A DNA stretch of 64,000 nucleotides from Dehalococcoidia bacterium (GTDB lineage Bacteria; Chloroflexota; Dehalococcoidia; Plut-88900), in assembly GCA_965197645.1 (NCBI GenBank), contig OZ240219.1, forward strand, positions 3,104,001 to 3,168,000, read 5' to 3'. The translations under genes and the position numbers were made by a program. This document shows positions 20,990 through 31,370 of the stretch, piece after piece. The notes beneath the pieces were generated by a model. The model ran no database searches. It worked only from the letters and a program-made list of their open reading frames with translations, and was not told where the DNA came from. How positions within the stretch are numbered: position 1 is the first letter of the stretch; each line of letters opens with the position of its first letter.

Positions 20990-22296
20990 CCCCCGGTTTG
21001 CCAGCAAGCAGAAACCCGGTGTTGATGTGGCGCCGCCTCCCCAGGTGGCGAAAGAACATCCTGCTGCTGACCATCTCTCAAAGCTTCATCGCCGGCAGTT
21101 GGTCCTTTATGTCTCCCCTCTATCCCTTGTTCATCCAGGAAGAGCTGGGGGTGAACGACCCGGCGAAAGCTGCGTTCTGGGCCGGGTTTTCCTCTACGTT
21201 CCTGTCCTTCACCATGGCCACTCTTGGCCCTTTATGGGGCTACCTAGCCGATAGGTACGGGCGAAAGCCGGTGTTGCTGAGGGCCTATCTCGGGGGAGCG
21301 CTGGTCCTGATGCTGAACGGCATGGTCACCAATATTTGGCAGCTCCTGATCATCCGCGTACTGCATGGAGCGCTCTCGGGCAGCGTGGGTTCCGCCATGG
21401 CCCTCGGGGCCTCCGTGGTGCCCAGGAACCGCATTCCCCTGGCCGTAGGCATGCTCCAGTTCGCCGTCTTCTTCGCCTTCACCGTCGGGCCTCTGGTAGG
21501 AGCGATGATCGCCAGCGTGGTCGGCTTCCGGGCGACCTATTTCGTGTCCGCAGGTATAGCTGCGGGCGTCACGGTGATGGTCTTCCTGCTGATCTCTGAA
21601 GAGTTCGAAAGGGCACAGGATAGTCAGGGCAGGGGCTATTCGCTGCTGGCGGAGCTCAAGGAGGTGGTAACCACCAAGGGGGTGGTGCCTGCGCTGGCGG
21701 TGGTCGCCATCGTTCAGGGGGCGCCGGCGATTCTCCAGCCCGTCATACCCGGCTTCATCCAGCTGATAACAGATAGCAGCAGGGCCATTACCGGTTCGGG
21801 GTACGCGTTCGGCGCGCTGGGTCTCACCTCGGGCATCGCCGCCCTGTTCATAGGCAGATACAATGAGCGGCTCAACCTGAGAGCTGTGCTGATAGCCTGC
21901 TGTTTCGGGGCTTCCGCGGCCTTCCTGTCCCAGTTTTTCGTCCACAACTATGTTATCTTTCTAGGGGTAACAGCGGTGATCGGGCTGTTCAGCGGAGGGA
22001 TGCTTACTTCGATAAACTCTATGGTGGGCATGATCATCCCGAGAAAGCACCTGGGAGCGGCCTTTGGCGTAGTCAACTCGGCCAACTCCATGGCTTGGGG
22101 CATAAGCCCCCTGGCGGGCGGCTCGTTGGCCTGGACCATCGGCTTCCGAAGGGTGTTCCCGTCCGCCGCCTTGGTCCTGGCGTTAACCGGAGTAACCGTA
22201 GCCCTGGTCCTGAAGGGGCTCAGAGCGCCCGAGCCGGAACGTCAAACGGTGGCCGCGGCAGGAAAACGCAAGGTCACGAAAACAGTGGGGAGTTGA
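20986..22296 (+). CDS. MFS transporter (DHA1/MdtG-like)
   Basis: WGYLADRYGRKP motif A, ~12 hydrophobic segments; GTG overlaps metF stop (alternative ATG 21025). Confidence 0.88.
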   Translation: MTPGLPASRNPVLMWRRLPRWRKNILLLTISQSFIAGSWSFMSPLYPLFIQEELGVNDPAKAAFWAGFSSTFLSFTMATLGPLWGYLADRYGRKPVLLRAYLGGALVLMLNGMVTNIWQLLIIRVLHGALSGSVGSAMALGASVVPRNRIPLAVGMLQFAVFFAFTVGPLVGAMIASVVGFRATYFVSAGIAAGVTVMVFLLISEEFERAQDSQGRGYSLLAELKEVVTTKGVVPALAVVAIVQGAPAILQPVIPGFIQLITDSSRAITGSGYAFGALGLTSGIAALFIGRYNERLNLRAVLIACCFGASAAFLSQFFVHNYVIFLGVTAVIGLFSGGMLTSINSMVGMIIPRKHLGAAFGVVNSANSMAWGISPLAGGSLAWTIGFRRVFPSAALVLALTGVTVALVLKGLRAPEPERQTVAAAGKRKVTKTVGS

Positions 22297-22317
22297 ATAG
22301 ATTCATGGAGGCAAGAT

Positions 22318-23781
22318 ATGGGTACTTCTAACGGAATAGCGGACCGGTACGGCCTCACCCTCAGCACCAGCTCAGCGGAAGCCGCCGAGCGCTACACGGA
22401 AGGAACGGACCTTATCATCTCTTGGAACTACGGCGGCGGTAAGAAGATAAAGCAGGCCATTGAAGCCGACGAGGGGTTTGCCCTCGCGCACGGCGCCCAA
22501 GCTGTCATCCTGTACCTTCAGGGCAAGGCGCCCGAGGCCAAGGCCGCCATCGAGCGTGCCAGGGCGCTGGCCAAGCATGCGACCCGCCGGGAGCAACAGC
22601 ACGTGGAGGCCTTGGCGCTGTACGTGAGCGACGATGGCCCTGGATGCTACTCCATGGTCAAGGAACACCTCGGCGAGTACCCCCGGGACTACTTCCTCCT
22701 GAACGAGATGGGCTTTACCCTCTTGTTCTACGGTTGCAGCATCGCCGGCGTCCCCCGGTACCCCGACGAGCTTCTCTCCCTCTACAAGAGCGTCGAGTCG
22801 GCTTACAGCGACGACTGGGCCTTTCTGGGAATGTACTCCTTCGCTCACCACGAAACAGGAGCGTTCGCCGAGGCGCTGGACCTCGCCGAGCGATCGCTGA
22901 AGCTGCTTCCGATCAATGCCCAGGCTTGCCACTCAGTGGCCCACTCCCTGTTCGAGATGGGCGAGGCGACCGACGGCGACCAGTATCTTTCGGAGTGGTT
23001 GAAGACCTACGACAGACGGGCGCCCTTCCACGTCCATCTGAGCTGGCACCTGGCCCTGTTCCAGCTCGCTCAGGGCCAGTACTCGCGGGTGCTGCAGAAC
23101 TACATGGAAAACATCAGGCCTTCTGTGGTCACGTCCGACGCCTACGCCCTGGACGACAGCGCCTCCCTCATGTGGCGCTGGGAGCTGTACAGCAACTCGG
23201 TCCCGCCGGTGGAGTTCGACGACGTAGTAGAGGTGGCCAAGGAAGCCCTGAAAGGGCCCGGACCGGCCTACCGAGACCTGCACTCGGCACTGGCATTTGG
23301 CACCGCCGGCGACTGGGACAAGCTCAACCAGCTGATAGACCGGCTGCAGGGCGACGCCGACAAAGGACACGTCCTCACTGCTGAGGCCACCCTGCCCGTA
23401 ATCAAGGCGCTCTCCGCCTTCGCCCAGGATGATGTCGAAGAAGCCGTCCGCATCCTCGACCCGTTGTTCGACGGCGCCGGCTTCTACCCGCTGGTACGGA
23501 TAGGGGCCAGCCATGCCCAGCGTGAAGTCTGCGAGGACACTCTCCTGGAGGCGTATCTGTACACGGAGCGGTTCGATAAGGCTGAGAAGCTGCTGGAGGC
23601 CAGGCTAAAGCGAAGGCCCTCGGCCAGGGACCTCTTCTGGCTGAGTAAGGCGCAGGCTGGGAAAGGGAATCTGGGCGGGGCCAGGGCCAACCTTCGCTCG
23701 GCGAGCGAGGGATGGAGCGGCGCCGACTCCGACACCCCGGAGGCCGAAGCAGTAAAGAAGCTGGCGGCGCAGGTCAACTAG
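22318..23781 (+). CDS. TPR protein, TTC38-like
   Basis: AFLGMYSFAHHE, HSVAH, HVHLSWHLALF, D.ASLMWR, RIGASHAQRE. Confidence 0.8.
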   Translation: MGTSNGIADRYGLTLSTSSAEAAERYTEGTDLIISWNYGGGKKIKQAIEADEGFALAHGAQAVILYLQGKAPEAKAAIERARALAKHATRREQQHVEALALYVSDDGPGCYSMVKEHLGEYPRDYFLLNEMGFTLLFYGCSIAGVPRYPDELLSLYKSVESAYSDDWAFLGMYSFAHHETGAFAEALDLAERSLKLLPINAQACHSVAHSLFEMGEATDGDQYLSEWLKTYDRRAPFHVHLSWHLALFQLAQGQYSRVLQNYMENIRPSVVTSDAYALDDSASLMWRWELYSNSVPPVEFDDVVEVAKEALKGPGPAYRDLHSALAFGTAGDWDKLNQLIDRLQGDADKGHVLTAEATLPVIKALSAFAQDDVEEAVRILDPLFDGAGFYPLVRIGASHAQREVCEDTLLEAYLYTERFDKAEKLLEARLKRRPSARDLFWLSKAQAGKGNLGGARANLRSASEGWSGADSDTPEAEAVKKLAAQVN

Positions 23782-24295
23782 CCCCGTAGGAGGAACTCGT
23801 TTCCCTCCGGGTCCCGGAAGACCGCGTAGGTGCCCCAAGCCATCTTACGCGGCTCCTCTGGGAGCTCAACTCCCCGCTCCTTGAGGACCTGATAGGTCCC
23901 TTGGACGTCCTCGCACTCGAAGACGATAGAGCTTGTCTCAAAAGTACGGACGTCTTAGTCCCAACCACCCGCCCTCGGAAGGTTTTGTCGCTGGGGGAAC
24001 ATCCCCCAGGCCCCCTGCCGGAGGGAAGTTTCCCTATGGACTCTCTCAAAGCAGGGTTCTGAGACAGGCTGAATAGAGGGCTTTCGTTCCCTCCAGTCGT
24101 CCATGGCGGCCTGGGGATATAGCACCAGGCAGGACTGGGCGCCCTTGGGAGCGACTTCGAGCCAGCTCCCGATCTTGCCCATCGACTGCTCGTTTCGCAC
24201 TTGAAGCCAACCTTGTCCCGCCAGAACGCCTTGGCCTTCTCCTGGTCTTCTACATAGACGGCAACCGTAGCGACCTGCCGGATCATTGGCTTCAT
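23778..24295 (-). pseudogene. VOC/glyoxalase family pseudogene (1-bp frameshift near 24201 plus MITE insertion)
   Basis: Rejoined pieces give VAVYVEDQEKAKAFW.DKVGF / VRNEQSMG..WLEVAP..KPSI / VFECEDV..LKERGVE..WGTYAVFRDPEGNEF. Confidence 0.9.
23929..24071. mobile_element. 143-bp MITE
   Basis: Imperfect TIRs GAGCTTGTCTCAAAA / TTCTGAGACAGGCTG, flanks GATA/AATA; same length and highly similar to 45287-45429. Confidence 0.9.
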
Positions 24296-24393
24296 CTCCT
24301 ACGAGTCTTGGATGGAGTCCCGAAAACTCTACTTGAGGAGTCCTCGGATAGTGAGCCAGCTATTGATTGGACAAGGATGGTTCAGCGCCGCCG

Positions 24394-25587
24394 TTATCGC
24401 CGGGAGATCAGCCCCGACACCCTGTCCAGCACCACTTCCGACACCTGGGACTTGAGCATCAGAGGCAGCTCTTCAGCCTCACCCCCTGCGCTGATTAGAG
24501 TTACCTTGTTAGTGTCGAAAGCAAAGCCGCTCTGCTCGCCGGTGATGTCGTTGGCCACGATAAGGTCCAGGCCCTTGGCCTTCAGCTTCTTTCGTGCGTT
24601 GTTCAGTAGGTCTTCGCTCTCGGCGGCAAATCCCACCTTCACCAGAGCGTTGTTCTTCAAAGAGCCGAGGATGTCGACCGTCGGCTCCAGGTCCAGGGTC
24701 AGCGATTTGGCGTTCTTCTTTATCTTGGAGTCTGCAGGCGATGATGGCCGGTAGTCGGCGACGGCGGCAGCCATAATCAGTGCGTCGGCCTGTGGCACTG
24801 CGTCGATCACCGCCTTCCTCATCTCCTCGGCCGACTCCACCGGCACGAAATCGACCCCGTATGGTGGCCGTATGCCCGTGGCACTGGAGATGAGGATGGA
24901 CCTGGCTCCCCTGTCCCGCGCACTCTCCGCCAGGGCATACCCCATCTTGCCGGACGACCGGTTAGCCACAATCCTCACCGGGTCGATGGCCTCTCGCGTC
25001 CCTCCCGCCGTGGTCACTACGCAGGCGCCGGCCAGGTCTCCCTTGCGACCCAGAGCCTGCCTGGTCGCCGCTACGATGTCAACGATGGCGGCCACCCGCC
25101 CCTGTCCGACCTGCCCCGAAGCAAGCCGGCCCTCTTCAGGACCGACTACCGTCCACCCTCGAGATATCAGAGTGCTCAGATTATGTTGAGTGGCCGGATT
25201 TTCGTACATGTACCCGTCCATGGCGGGGGCCAACACCACGGGAGAACGGGTGGCCAGGAGGACCAGGGTAAGCGGATCGTTGGACAGTCCGGTGGCCGCC
25301 TTGGCGATTACGTTGGCCGTCGCCGGTGCCACCACTACCACGTCCGCCATGTCGGCCAGGGCGACATGCTCCACCGCCAGCTCGGAGTCGGCGTCGAACA
25401 GCTTGGTGACTACGGAACGGTGGGTAAGGCTGCGGAAGGTGAGCGGAGTGAGGAACTCCTGGGCGCCGTCCGTCATCACCACGTCGACCAGGGCTCCGGC
25501 CTGAGTGAGCCTGCTGGCCAGATCGGCAGCCTTGTAGGCGGCTATGCTGCCGGTGACTCCCAGGACGACATGCTTGTTCTCCAGCAC
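24394..25587 (-). CDS. coaBC: Phosphopantothenoylcysteine decarboxylase/ligase
   Basis: GVTGSIAAYKA, APATAN, TREAIDPVR..NRSSGKMG, AAAVADY, VGFAAES. Confidence 0.96.
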   Translation of the reverse strand: MLENKHVVLGVTGSIAAYKAADLASRLTQAGALVDVVMTDGAQEFLTPLTFRSLTHRSVVTKLFDADSELAVEHVALADMADVVVVAPATANVIAKAATGLSNDPLTLVLLATRSPVVLAPAMDGYMYENPATQHNLSTLISRGWTVVGPEEGRLASGQVGQGRVAAIVDIVAATRQALGRKGDLAGACVVTTAGGTREAIDPVRIVANRSSGKMGYALAESARDRGARSILISSATGIRPPYGVDFVPVESAEEMRKAVIDAVPQADALIMAAAVADYRPSSPADSKIKKNAKSLTLDLEPTVDILGSLKNNALVKVGFAAESEDLLNNARKKLKAKGLDLIVANDITGEQSGFAFDTNKVTLISAGGEAEELPLMLKSQVSEVVLDRVSGLISRR

Positions 25588-25588
25588 G

Positions 25589-26356
25589 TCAGCTCCTGTT
25601 CATCTCGTGAATGATTCGCAGTCCATCGAGGGTAAGGTCCGGGTCTACGGCGTGAAATATGCCCGTCTGTTGGGCTATGACGGAAGCCAGCCCGCCGGTG
25701 GCGATTACCCGCGCCCCGTTGCCCATCTCCTTCTGGAACCGGCTGACCAGCCCCTCGATCATCCCGACGTATCCGAATATCATGCCGGACTGCATGCTGG
25801 TCGTTGTGTTCCGTCCTATGGCCCTGTCGGGGGCTACCATCTCGATTCTTGACAGCTTGGACGTGCGGGCGAACAGAGCCTCGGCGGCGATGCTCATGCC
25901 GGGGGCGATGGCGCCACCGAGGTACTCACCATCGCCGGTTATGGCATCGAAGACCGTCCCCGTGCCCAGGTCCACCACTATCACCGGGCCGCCGTACTTG
26001 TGGAAGGCGGCCACCGCATCGGCCACTCTGTCCGCTCCCACCTCTCGGGGGTTATCGTATAGCACCTTCATTCCGGTCTTGACCCCGGTGCCGACTACCA
26101 GCGGCGAGTGGTCCATGTACCGCTGGCACAGCTCTTCGAAGGTACCCGTCAATGGAGGCACGACGCTGCATACCACGGACTCGGAGATCGAGGAGAACTC
26201 TATGCCCCGGTTCGGGAGCATGCCGTTCAGGAGGACGAAATACTCGTCGGTCTGCTTTTGAACGTCAGTGGCGATACGCCAGGTAGCCCTCAGCTCTTTC
26301 CCCAGAAAGACGCCCAGGGTGATGTTGGTGTTCCCGATGTCGATGGCCAGCAGCAT
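25589..26356 (-). CDS. coaX: Type III pantothenate kinase
   Basis: LAIDIGNTN, EVGADR, VVDLGTGT, GGAIAPG. Confidence 0.95.
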   Translation of the reverse strand: MLLAIDIGNTNITLGVFLGKELRATWRIATDVQKQTDEYFVLLNGMLPNRGIEFSSISESVVCSVVPPLTGTFEELCQRYMDHSPLVVGTGVKTGMKVLYDNPREVGADRVADAVAAFHKYGGPVIVVDLGTGTVFDAITGDGEYLGGAIAPGMSIAAEALFARTSKLSRIEMVAPDRAIGRNTTTSMQSGMIFGYVGMIEGLVSRFQKEMGNGARVIATGGLASVIAQQTGIFHAVDPDLTLDGLRIIHEMNRS

Positions 26357-26412
26357 ATTCGGTCAACCAATTATATAGTGGCGGGAATTGGGCAGGCAAA
26401 CCGGGCGGTCGC

Positions 26413-27969
26413 CTAGCCCTCTTTGAGCTCTTTGATAGCCCTGGGGAGGAGGGGAAGAAGATCGCTGGCGAGGATGCCGGCCTCGCCCAGCTCCTCTCGG
26501 GCCGCGGCGCCGGCCATACCGTGAAGATAAACCCCGCAGGTGGCTGCGTCCCAGGGGGAAAGCCCCTGTGCCATGACCCCGGCTATGGCGCCCGCTAGAA
26601 CGTCGCCGGTGCCTGCGGAAGCGAGGCCCGGGTTGGCGAAGGGGCTCAGCTTGGCGTGACCGTCCGGCCTGGCGACCACGGTGTGAGCACCCTTGAGCAC
26701 CACCACCTTGTTCCACTGCTCCGCCGCTCTCCTGGCCACACCCAGCCTGTCCGACTGTACCTCCCGGTTGGATAGGTCCAACAATCGGCCCATCTCCCCG
26801 GGGTGAGGGGTCAGCACCGTCTGATCGTTGAGGCGCTCCCACCAGCGGGGCTCGTCAGCCAGAGCGTTGAGGCCATCGGCATCGACGACGGTCGGCGGGA
26901 AGTTGGCGCCGTCACGAAGCAGGAGCCGGTGCACCAGCTCCTTGGTCCGTTTTTCCTGCCCCAGGCCGCAGCCCACCAGCAGCGCACTGGCCTCCGGTAG
27001 CTGGTCCGTGATCTGACTGAGGGCCTCGTCGCCCGGCAGTCCCGGCTCGGATTCGGAAAGCGGAAGGTAGGTGGTCTCAGTCAACTGAGCTGCCATGATG
27101 GGGAGGAGGGTCTTGGGGCAGGCTAGGGTCACAATGCCCGCTCCCACCCTCCCAGCCCCATGGCAGGCGAGGGCGGCTGCCCCCACGTAGCTCATGGAGC
27201 CGACCACGGCCAGCACCCGGCCGAAGGCGCCCTTATGGGCATCGTAGGGACGGTCCGGCAGCGAAGAGCGCGCCCCCTCGGGGGTCATCATCTCTAGGGT
27301 GATCCCCTCAGCCAGGCGGGGGTGTATCCCGATAGTGGCCACCGTTACCCTGCCCACCGTTTGGGCACCGGGGAAGGTGAACAGGCCCACCTTGGGATAT
27401 CCGAGGGTTATCGTCAGGTCGGCGCTGAGGGTTGAAGGGTCTACCTGGCCCGAATCGGCGTCCAGCCCCGATGGCAGGTCCAGGGCCACGATCCTCAGCC
27501 TCGATGGGCCGGCCCTGGCATCTCTGACTGCGGCGAAGACCTCTTTCAGGGTCCCTTCTATGGGCCGCGCCTTGCCGGTGCCCAGGACGCTATCCACAAC
27601 GACGTCGGCGAGCCGCAGCATCTGACATAGAGACTCCTGTCCCTTGTCGGACTGAGCTTGCTCCAGCGACACGTCCCTATCAACCAGGGGCTTCAGGTTG
27701 GGATCGGACTCGGGCCGGTTTGTGCAGAGGTAAATGTAGACGTTGGCACCCCAGTCGTGGAGGTGCCGGGCGGCCACCAGGCCGTCGCCGCCGTTGTTCC
27801 CGGGGCCCACCAGCACCGCGATGTGAGCTCCCGCCACTCCGTCCCGCCAGCTGCGGATCTCCTCGGCTACGGCCAGCCCGGCGTTCTCCATAAGCTGGTC
27901 CGTGGAGATCCCCTCGCCGGCGCACCGGGCCTCCAACTCTCTCATCTCGTCGCTGTTGACGATCTTCAT
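26413..27969 (-). CDS. nnr: Bifunctional NAD(P)H-hydrate epimerase/dehydratase
   Basis: LMENAG, GPGNNGGDG, DLPSG, HKG.FG, TPHPGEM, AGTGDVLAG. Confidence 0.95.
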   Translation of the reverse strand: MKIVNSDEMRELEARCAGEGISTDQLMENAGLAVAEEIRSWRDGVAGAHIAVLVGPGNNGGDGLVAARHLHDWGANVYIYLCTNRPESDPNLKPLVDRDVSLEQAQSDKGQESLCQMLRLADVVVDSVLGTGKARPIEGTLKEVFAAVRDARAGPSRLRIVALDLPSGLDADSGQVDPSTLSADLTITLGYPKVGLFTFPGAQTVGRVTVATIGIHPRLAEGITLEMMTPEGARSSLPDRPYDAHKGAFGRVLAVVGSMSYVGAAALACHGAGRVGAGIVTLACPKTLLPIMAAQLTETTYLPLSESEPGLPGDEALSQITDQLPEASALLVGCGLGQEKRTKELVHRLLLRDGANFPPTVVDADGLNALADEPRWWERLNDQTVLTPHPGEMGRLLDLSNREVQSDRLGVARRAAEQWNKVVVLKGAHTVVARPDGHAKLSPFANPGLASAGTGDVLAGAIAGVMAQGLSPWDAATCGVYLHGMAGAAAREELGEAGILASDLLPLLPRAIKELKEG

Positions 27970-27972
27970 TCT

Positions 27973-28356
27973 CTACCTCTGGGAAAGGAGGGAATCAGTG
28001 GCGCCTACCGCCGAAGCTACACCGAACTGCTCCGAGTGGGACAGGCTGATGGCTATCTCGGTGAGCTCCAGCTTGTTGGCTCTTGCCTCGGCCCGGCGGT
28101 GGAGTTGGACCGTGGGTTTGCCGCTTCGGAGGGGCACGATCTCGATCTCTCTCCAGGCGACGCCCCTGTTTCCAGTGCCCAGCACCTTCATTACCGCCTC
28201 TTTCCCCGCGAACCTAACAGCAAGCTCGGGTACGCGGTTGCGGCAGTATTCCCGCTCCTTGGGGGTGTAGACCCGGTTCAAGAACCGCTCGCCCCAGCGG
28301 TCTAGGGCGGCCTGGATACGGTGGATTTCGATTATGTCTACGCCTACGGAAATCAA
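27973..28356 (-). CDS. acpS: Holo-ACP synthase
   Basis: GVDIIEI.R, RFAGKEAVMK.LGTG, ISLSH; TTG start at 28356 inferred. Confidence 0.93.
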   Translation of the reverse strand: MISVGVDIIEIHRIQAALDRWGERFLNRVYTPKEREYCRNRVPELAVRFAGKEAVMKVLGTGNRGVAWREIEIVPLRSGKPTVQLHRRAEARANKLELTEIAISLSHSEQFGVASAVGATDSLLSQR

Positions 28357-28452
28357 GTCGATAACGCCAAGCCGGACGATGGGGAACGGGCCAGGATGTT
28401 CGGGTGTGTGGATGCCCGATTCAGAGTATAGCACAACGAATTCACGGTTAGA

Positions 28453-28481
28453 TTGACTCGCTCAGAATTGGGGAGTTAGAA
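28453..28481 (+). promoter_or_regulatory. Sigma70-type promoter of valS
   Basis: TTGACT-17nt-TAGAAT. Confidence 0.65.
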
Positions 28482-28574
28482 TCAGCTATCATGCGTCGCC
28501 GCCGGAGACGGTAATACATTGACGACGCCAGCACTCCCGTGACCAAGACCAGATATGGATAACACTTCTACACT

Positions 28575-31244
28575 ATGACGACCAGATCGAAGAAGCTTTC
28601 GCAGATACCCAAGACCTACAATCCGGCCGACGTGGAGGAGCGTATATACCGGACCTGGACGGACCGGGGCTACTTCACACCGGAGATCGATCAAGACAAG
28701 ACTCCCTTCGTCATCATCATGCCTCCTCCCAACGTCACGGGAGAGCTGCACCTTGGCCACGCTCTGACCGCCGCCAGCGAAGATGTCCTGACGCGCTGGC
28801 ACAGGATGATGGGCGACCCCACCCTCTGGCTTCCCGGCTCCGACCACGCAGGGATTGCTACCCAGGTGGTGGTTGAAAGGCAGCTGGCCAAGGAGAGATT
28901 GACCCGCCACGGAATCGGCCGAGAGGCGTTCGAGGAACGGGTTTGGGAGTGGGTGAAACAGTACGGCAACAGGATAACCGAGCAGCACAAGCGGCTCGGC
29001 GCCTCCTGCGACTGGACTAGGGAGCGGTTCACCCTCGACGAAGGCCCCAGCCGGGCGGTGCGGACCACCTTCGTCAACCTGTATGAGAAGGGGCTCATCT
29101 ACAAGGGCGAACGGATCATCAACTGGTGCCCTCGCTGCGCCACCGCCCTATCGGACCTGGAGGTAGAGCACTCCGACGAGCACGGCGCCCTCTCCTACAT
29201 CCGGTACCCCCTGGCCGATGGGGACGGTCACATAACCGTTGCAACTACTCGCCCGGAAACACTGCTTGGCGACGCGGCCGTGGCCGTCAGTCCCGACGAC
29301 GAAAGGTACCGGGATATGGTCGGCAGGGAGGTAAACCTGCCCTCGCTGGGCCGGAAGATTCCCATCGTCGCGGACTCAGCCGTAGACGTGGAGTTCGGAA
29401 CTGGCGCCGTGAAGGTGACCCCAGCCCACGACCCGGCGGACTTCGATATAGGCCAGAGGCACGACCTGCCCACGATACTGGTCATCGGACCCGAGGGTAA
29501 GATGACCCAGGACGCAGGGCCCAGATACCAGGGCATGAGCCCCCTGGAATGCCGGACCGCTCTTATCGAGGAGCTGCGGGAGTCCGGGCTGCTCGAGAAA
29601 ACGGAGGCTTACACCCATTCGGTAGGCCACTGCCAACGGTGCGAGACCATCGTCGAGCCCATCGCCAGCAGCCAGTGGTTCGTAAAGACGGAGCCGCTGG
29701 CCGAAAGGGCGGCACAGGCAGTGAGGGGCGAGCGGATCAGGATAGTGCCCGAGCGGTTCTCCAAGGTCTATCTCAACTGGATGGACAACATCCGGGACTG
29801 GTGTATAAGCCGGCAGCTGTGGTGGGGCCATCGAATCCCCGTCTGGTACTGCGGCGCCTGCGGCCACCTGACTGTACCCATGATAGACCCCACCTCGTGC
29901 GAAAGCTGCGGCTCGGAGGACATCACCCAGGACCCCGACGTCCTCGACACCTGGTTCAGCTCAGCCCTGTGGACCCATTCGACCCTGGGCTGGCCTGACG
30001 AGACCGAGGACCTGCGCTACTTCTATCCAACGGCGGTCATGGAGACCGGGTACGACATCATCTTCTTCTGGGTGTCCCGCATGATCATGATGGGGATGGA
30101 GAACATGGACGAAATCCCCTTCCACACCGTCTATCTGCACGGCATGATCCGGGACGAGAAGGGCGAGAAGATGAGCAAGGTGAAGGGCAACGTGGTGGAC
30201 CCCATCGACGCCATAGCCCAGTACGGCGCCGACGCCCTGCGCTTCGCACTGACGGTGGGCACCGCGCCGGGCAACGATAGCCGGCTAAGCACCTCCAAGC
30301 TCCAGGCCAGCCGAAACTTTGCCAACAAACTGTGGAACGCTTCTCGATACGTACTCTCAACCGTCGAAGGGGACGCGGTAGAGGGTTGGCGGTCTCCGCT
30401 GAGGGAAGGCAGCCCCATGGAGGACCGGTGGATCATTGGCCGGCTGAACGGGACCATCGAGGCGGCACAGCGCTCGATGGAGGGGTTCCGTCTCGGCGAA
30501 GCCCAGGAGCAGGTCCAGACCTTCATATGGAGCGACTTCTGCGACTGGTATATCGAGATGGCCAAGGTGCGAATGCGAGAGATGCCCGACCAGCCCTCTC
30601 CGGTACCGGTGCTGGTGCACGTCCTGGAACGGACCCTCCGTCTCCTCCATCCCTTCATGCCCTTCATCACCGAGGAGCTGTGGCAGAATCTGACCGACGG
30701 CCTGCCTGAGGCAAACGGTCTCACCGAGTCGATTATGATAGCCTCCTTTCCACAGGCCAACCCAAGCATGCAGGACCCAATCGCCAACGGCTGGGCGGAC
30801 CTGGTAATGGGCCTCGTACGGGGCATCAGGAACATAAGGGCGGAGAAGAAGGTGGAGCCGGGCCGGCGCATACAAGCCATGTTGTTCAACGGACAAGAGC
30901 TCGGCGGCCCCGGCCAGACGTTCCTCGAGAGCCTGGCCCAGTGCTCCCTCGAGCTACGGTCCCCGGAGGCGGAGCGGCCGGAAGATTCGGTGATGGTGGT
31001 ATCCAAGAACGCCGAGGCCTATCTCCCCATCGCCGGTCTGTTCGATCTCGACGCGGAGCGGAAACGGCTGAGCAAAGAGTTGGATGAACTCCGGGGTCGG
31101 GCACGGCACGTCAAGGCTCGACTGGACAACAGCGACTTCCTGTCCAAAGCGCCGGTGGAGGTGGTCGAGAGGGAACGACAGAAGCTGGCCCAGTGGCAGG
31201 AACGGGAAGCCCGCATCCAGGAGCGCATGGCCCGGCTGGCCTGA
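28575..31244 (+). CDS. valS: Valine--tRNA ligase
   Basis: PPPNVTG.LHLGH, DWCISRQLWWGH, DVLDTWFSS, KMSK, C-terminal coiled coil. Confidence 0.98.
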   Translation: MTTRSKKLSQIPKTYNPADVEERIYRTWTDRGYFTPEIDQDKTPFVIIMPPPNVTGELHLGHALTAASEDVLTRWHRMMGDPTLWLPGSDHAGIATQVVVERQLAKERLTRHGIGREAFEERVWEWVKQYGNRITEQHKRLGASCDWTRERFTLDEGPSRAVRTTFVNLYEKGLIYKGERIINWCPRCATALSDLEVEHSDEHGALSYIRYPLADGDGHITVATTRPETLLGDAAVAVSPDDERYRDMVGREVNLPSLGRKIPIVADSAVDVEFGTGAVKVTPAHDPADFDIGQRHDLPTILVIGPEGKMTQDAGPRYQGMSPLECRTALIEELRESGLLEKTEAYTHSVGHCQRCETIVEPIASSQWFVKTEPLAERAAQAVRGERIRIVPERFSKVYLNWMDNIRDWCISRQLWWGHRIPVWYCGACGHLTVPMIDPTSCESCGSEDITQDPDVLDTWFSSALWTHSTLGWPDETEDLRYFYPTAVMETGYDIIFFWVSRMIMMGMENMDEIPFHTVYLHGMIRDEKGEKMSKVKGNVVDPIDAIAQYGADALRFALTVGTAPGNDSRLSTSKLQASRNFANKLWNASRYVLSTVEGDAVEGWRSPLREGSPMEDRWIIGRLNGTIEAAQRSMEGFRLGEAQEQVQTFIWSDFCDWYIEMAKVRMREMPDQPSPVPVLVHVLERTLRLLHPFMPFITEELWQNLTDGLPEANGLTESIMIASFPQANPSMQDPIANGWADLVMGLVRGIRNIRAEKKVEPGRRIQAMLFNGQELGGPGQTFLESLAQCSLELRSPEAERPEDSVMVVSKNAEAYLPIAGLFDLDAERKRLSKELDELRGRARHVKARLDNSDFLSKAPVEVVERERQKLAQWQEREARIQERMARLA

Positions 31245-31370
31245 GTCTTTTCGCGACCATCCTCCTGGCCCTCTTCCTAGCGGGATTGATCACGAATGCT
31301 ACCCAAGGAGCGGGTTAGTGTTGCCGTTTGCGATCTCCGATGACGCTGGTTCAAGCGATATAATCGCTCT

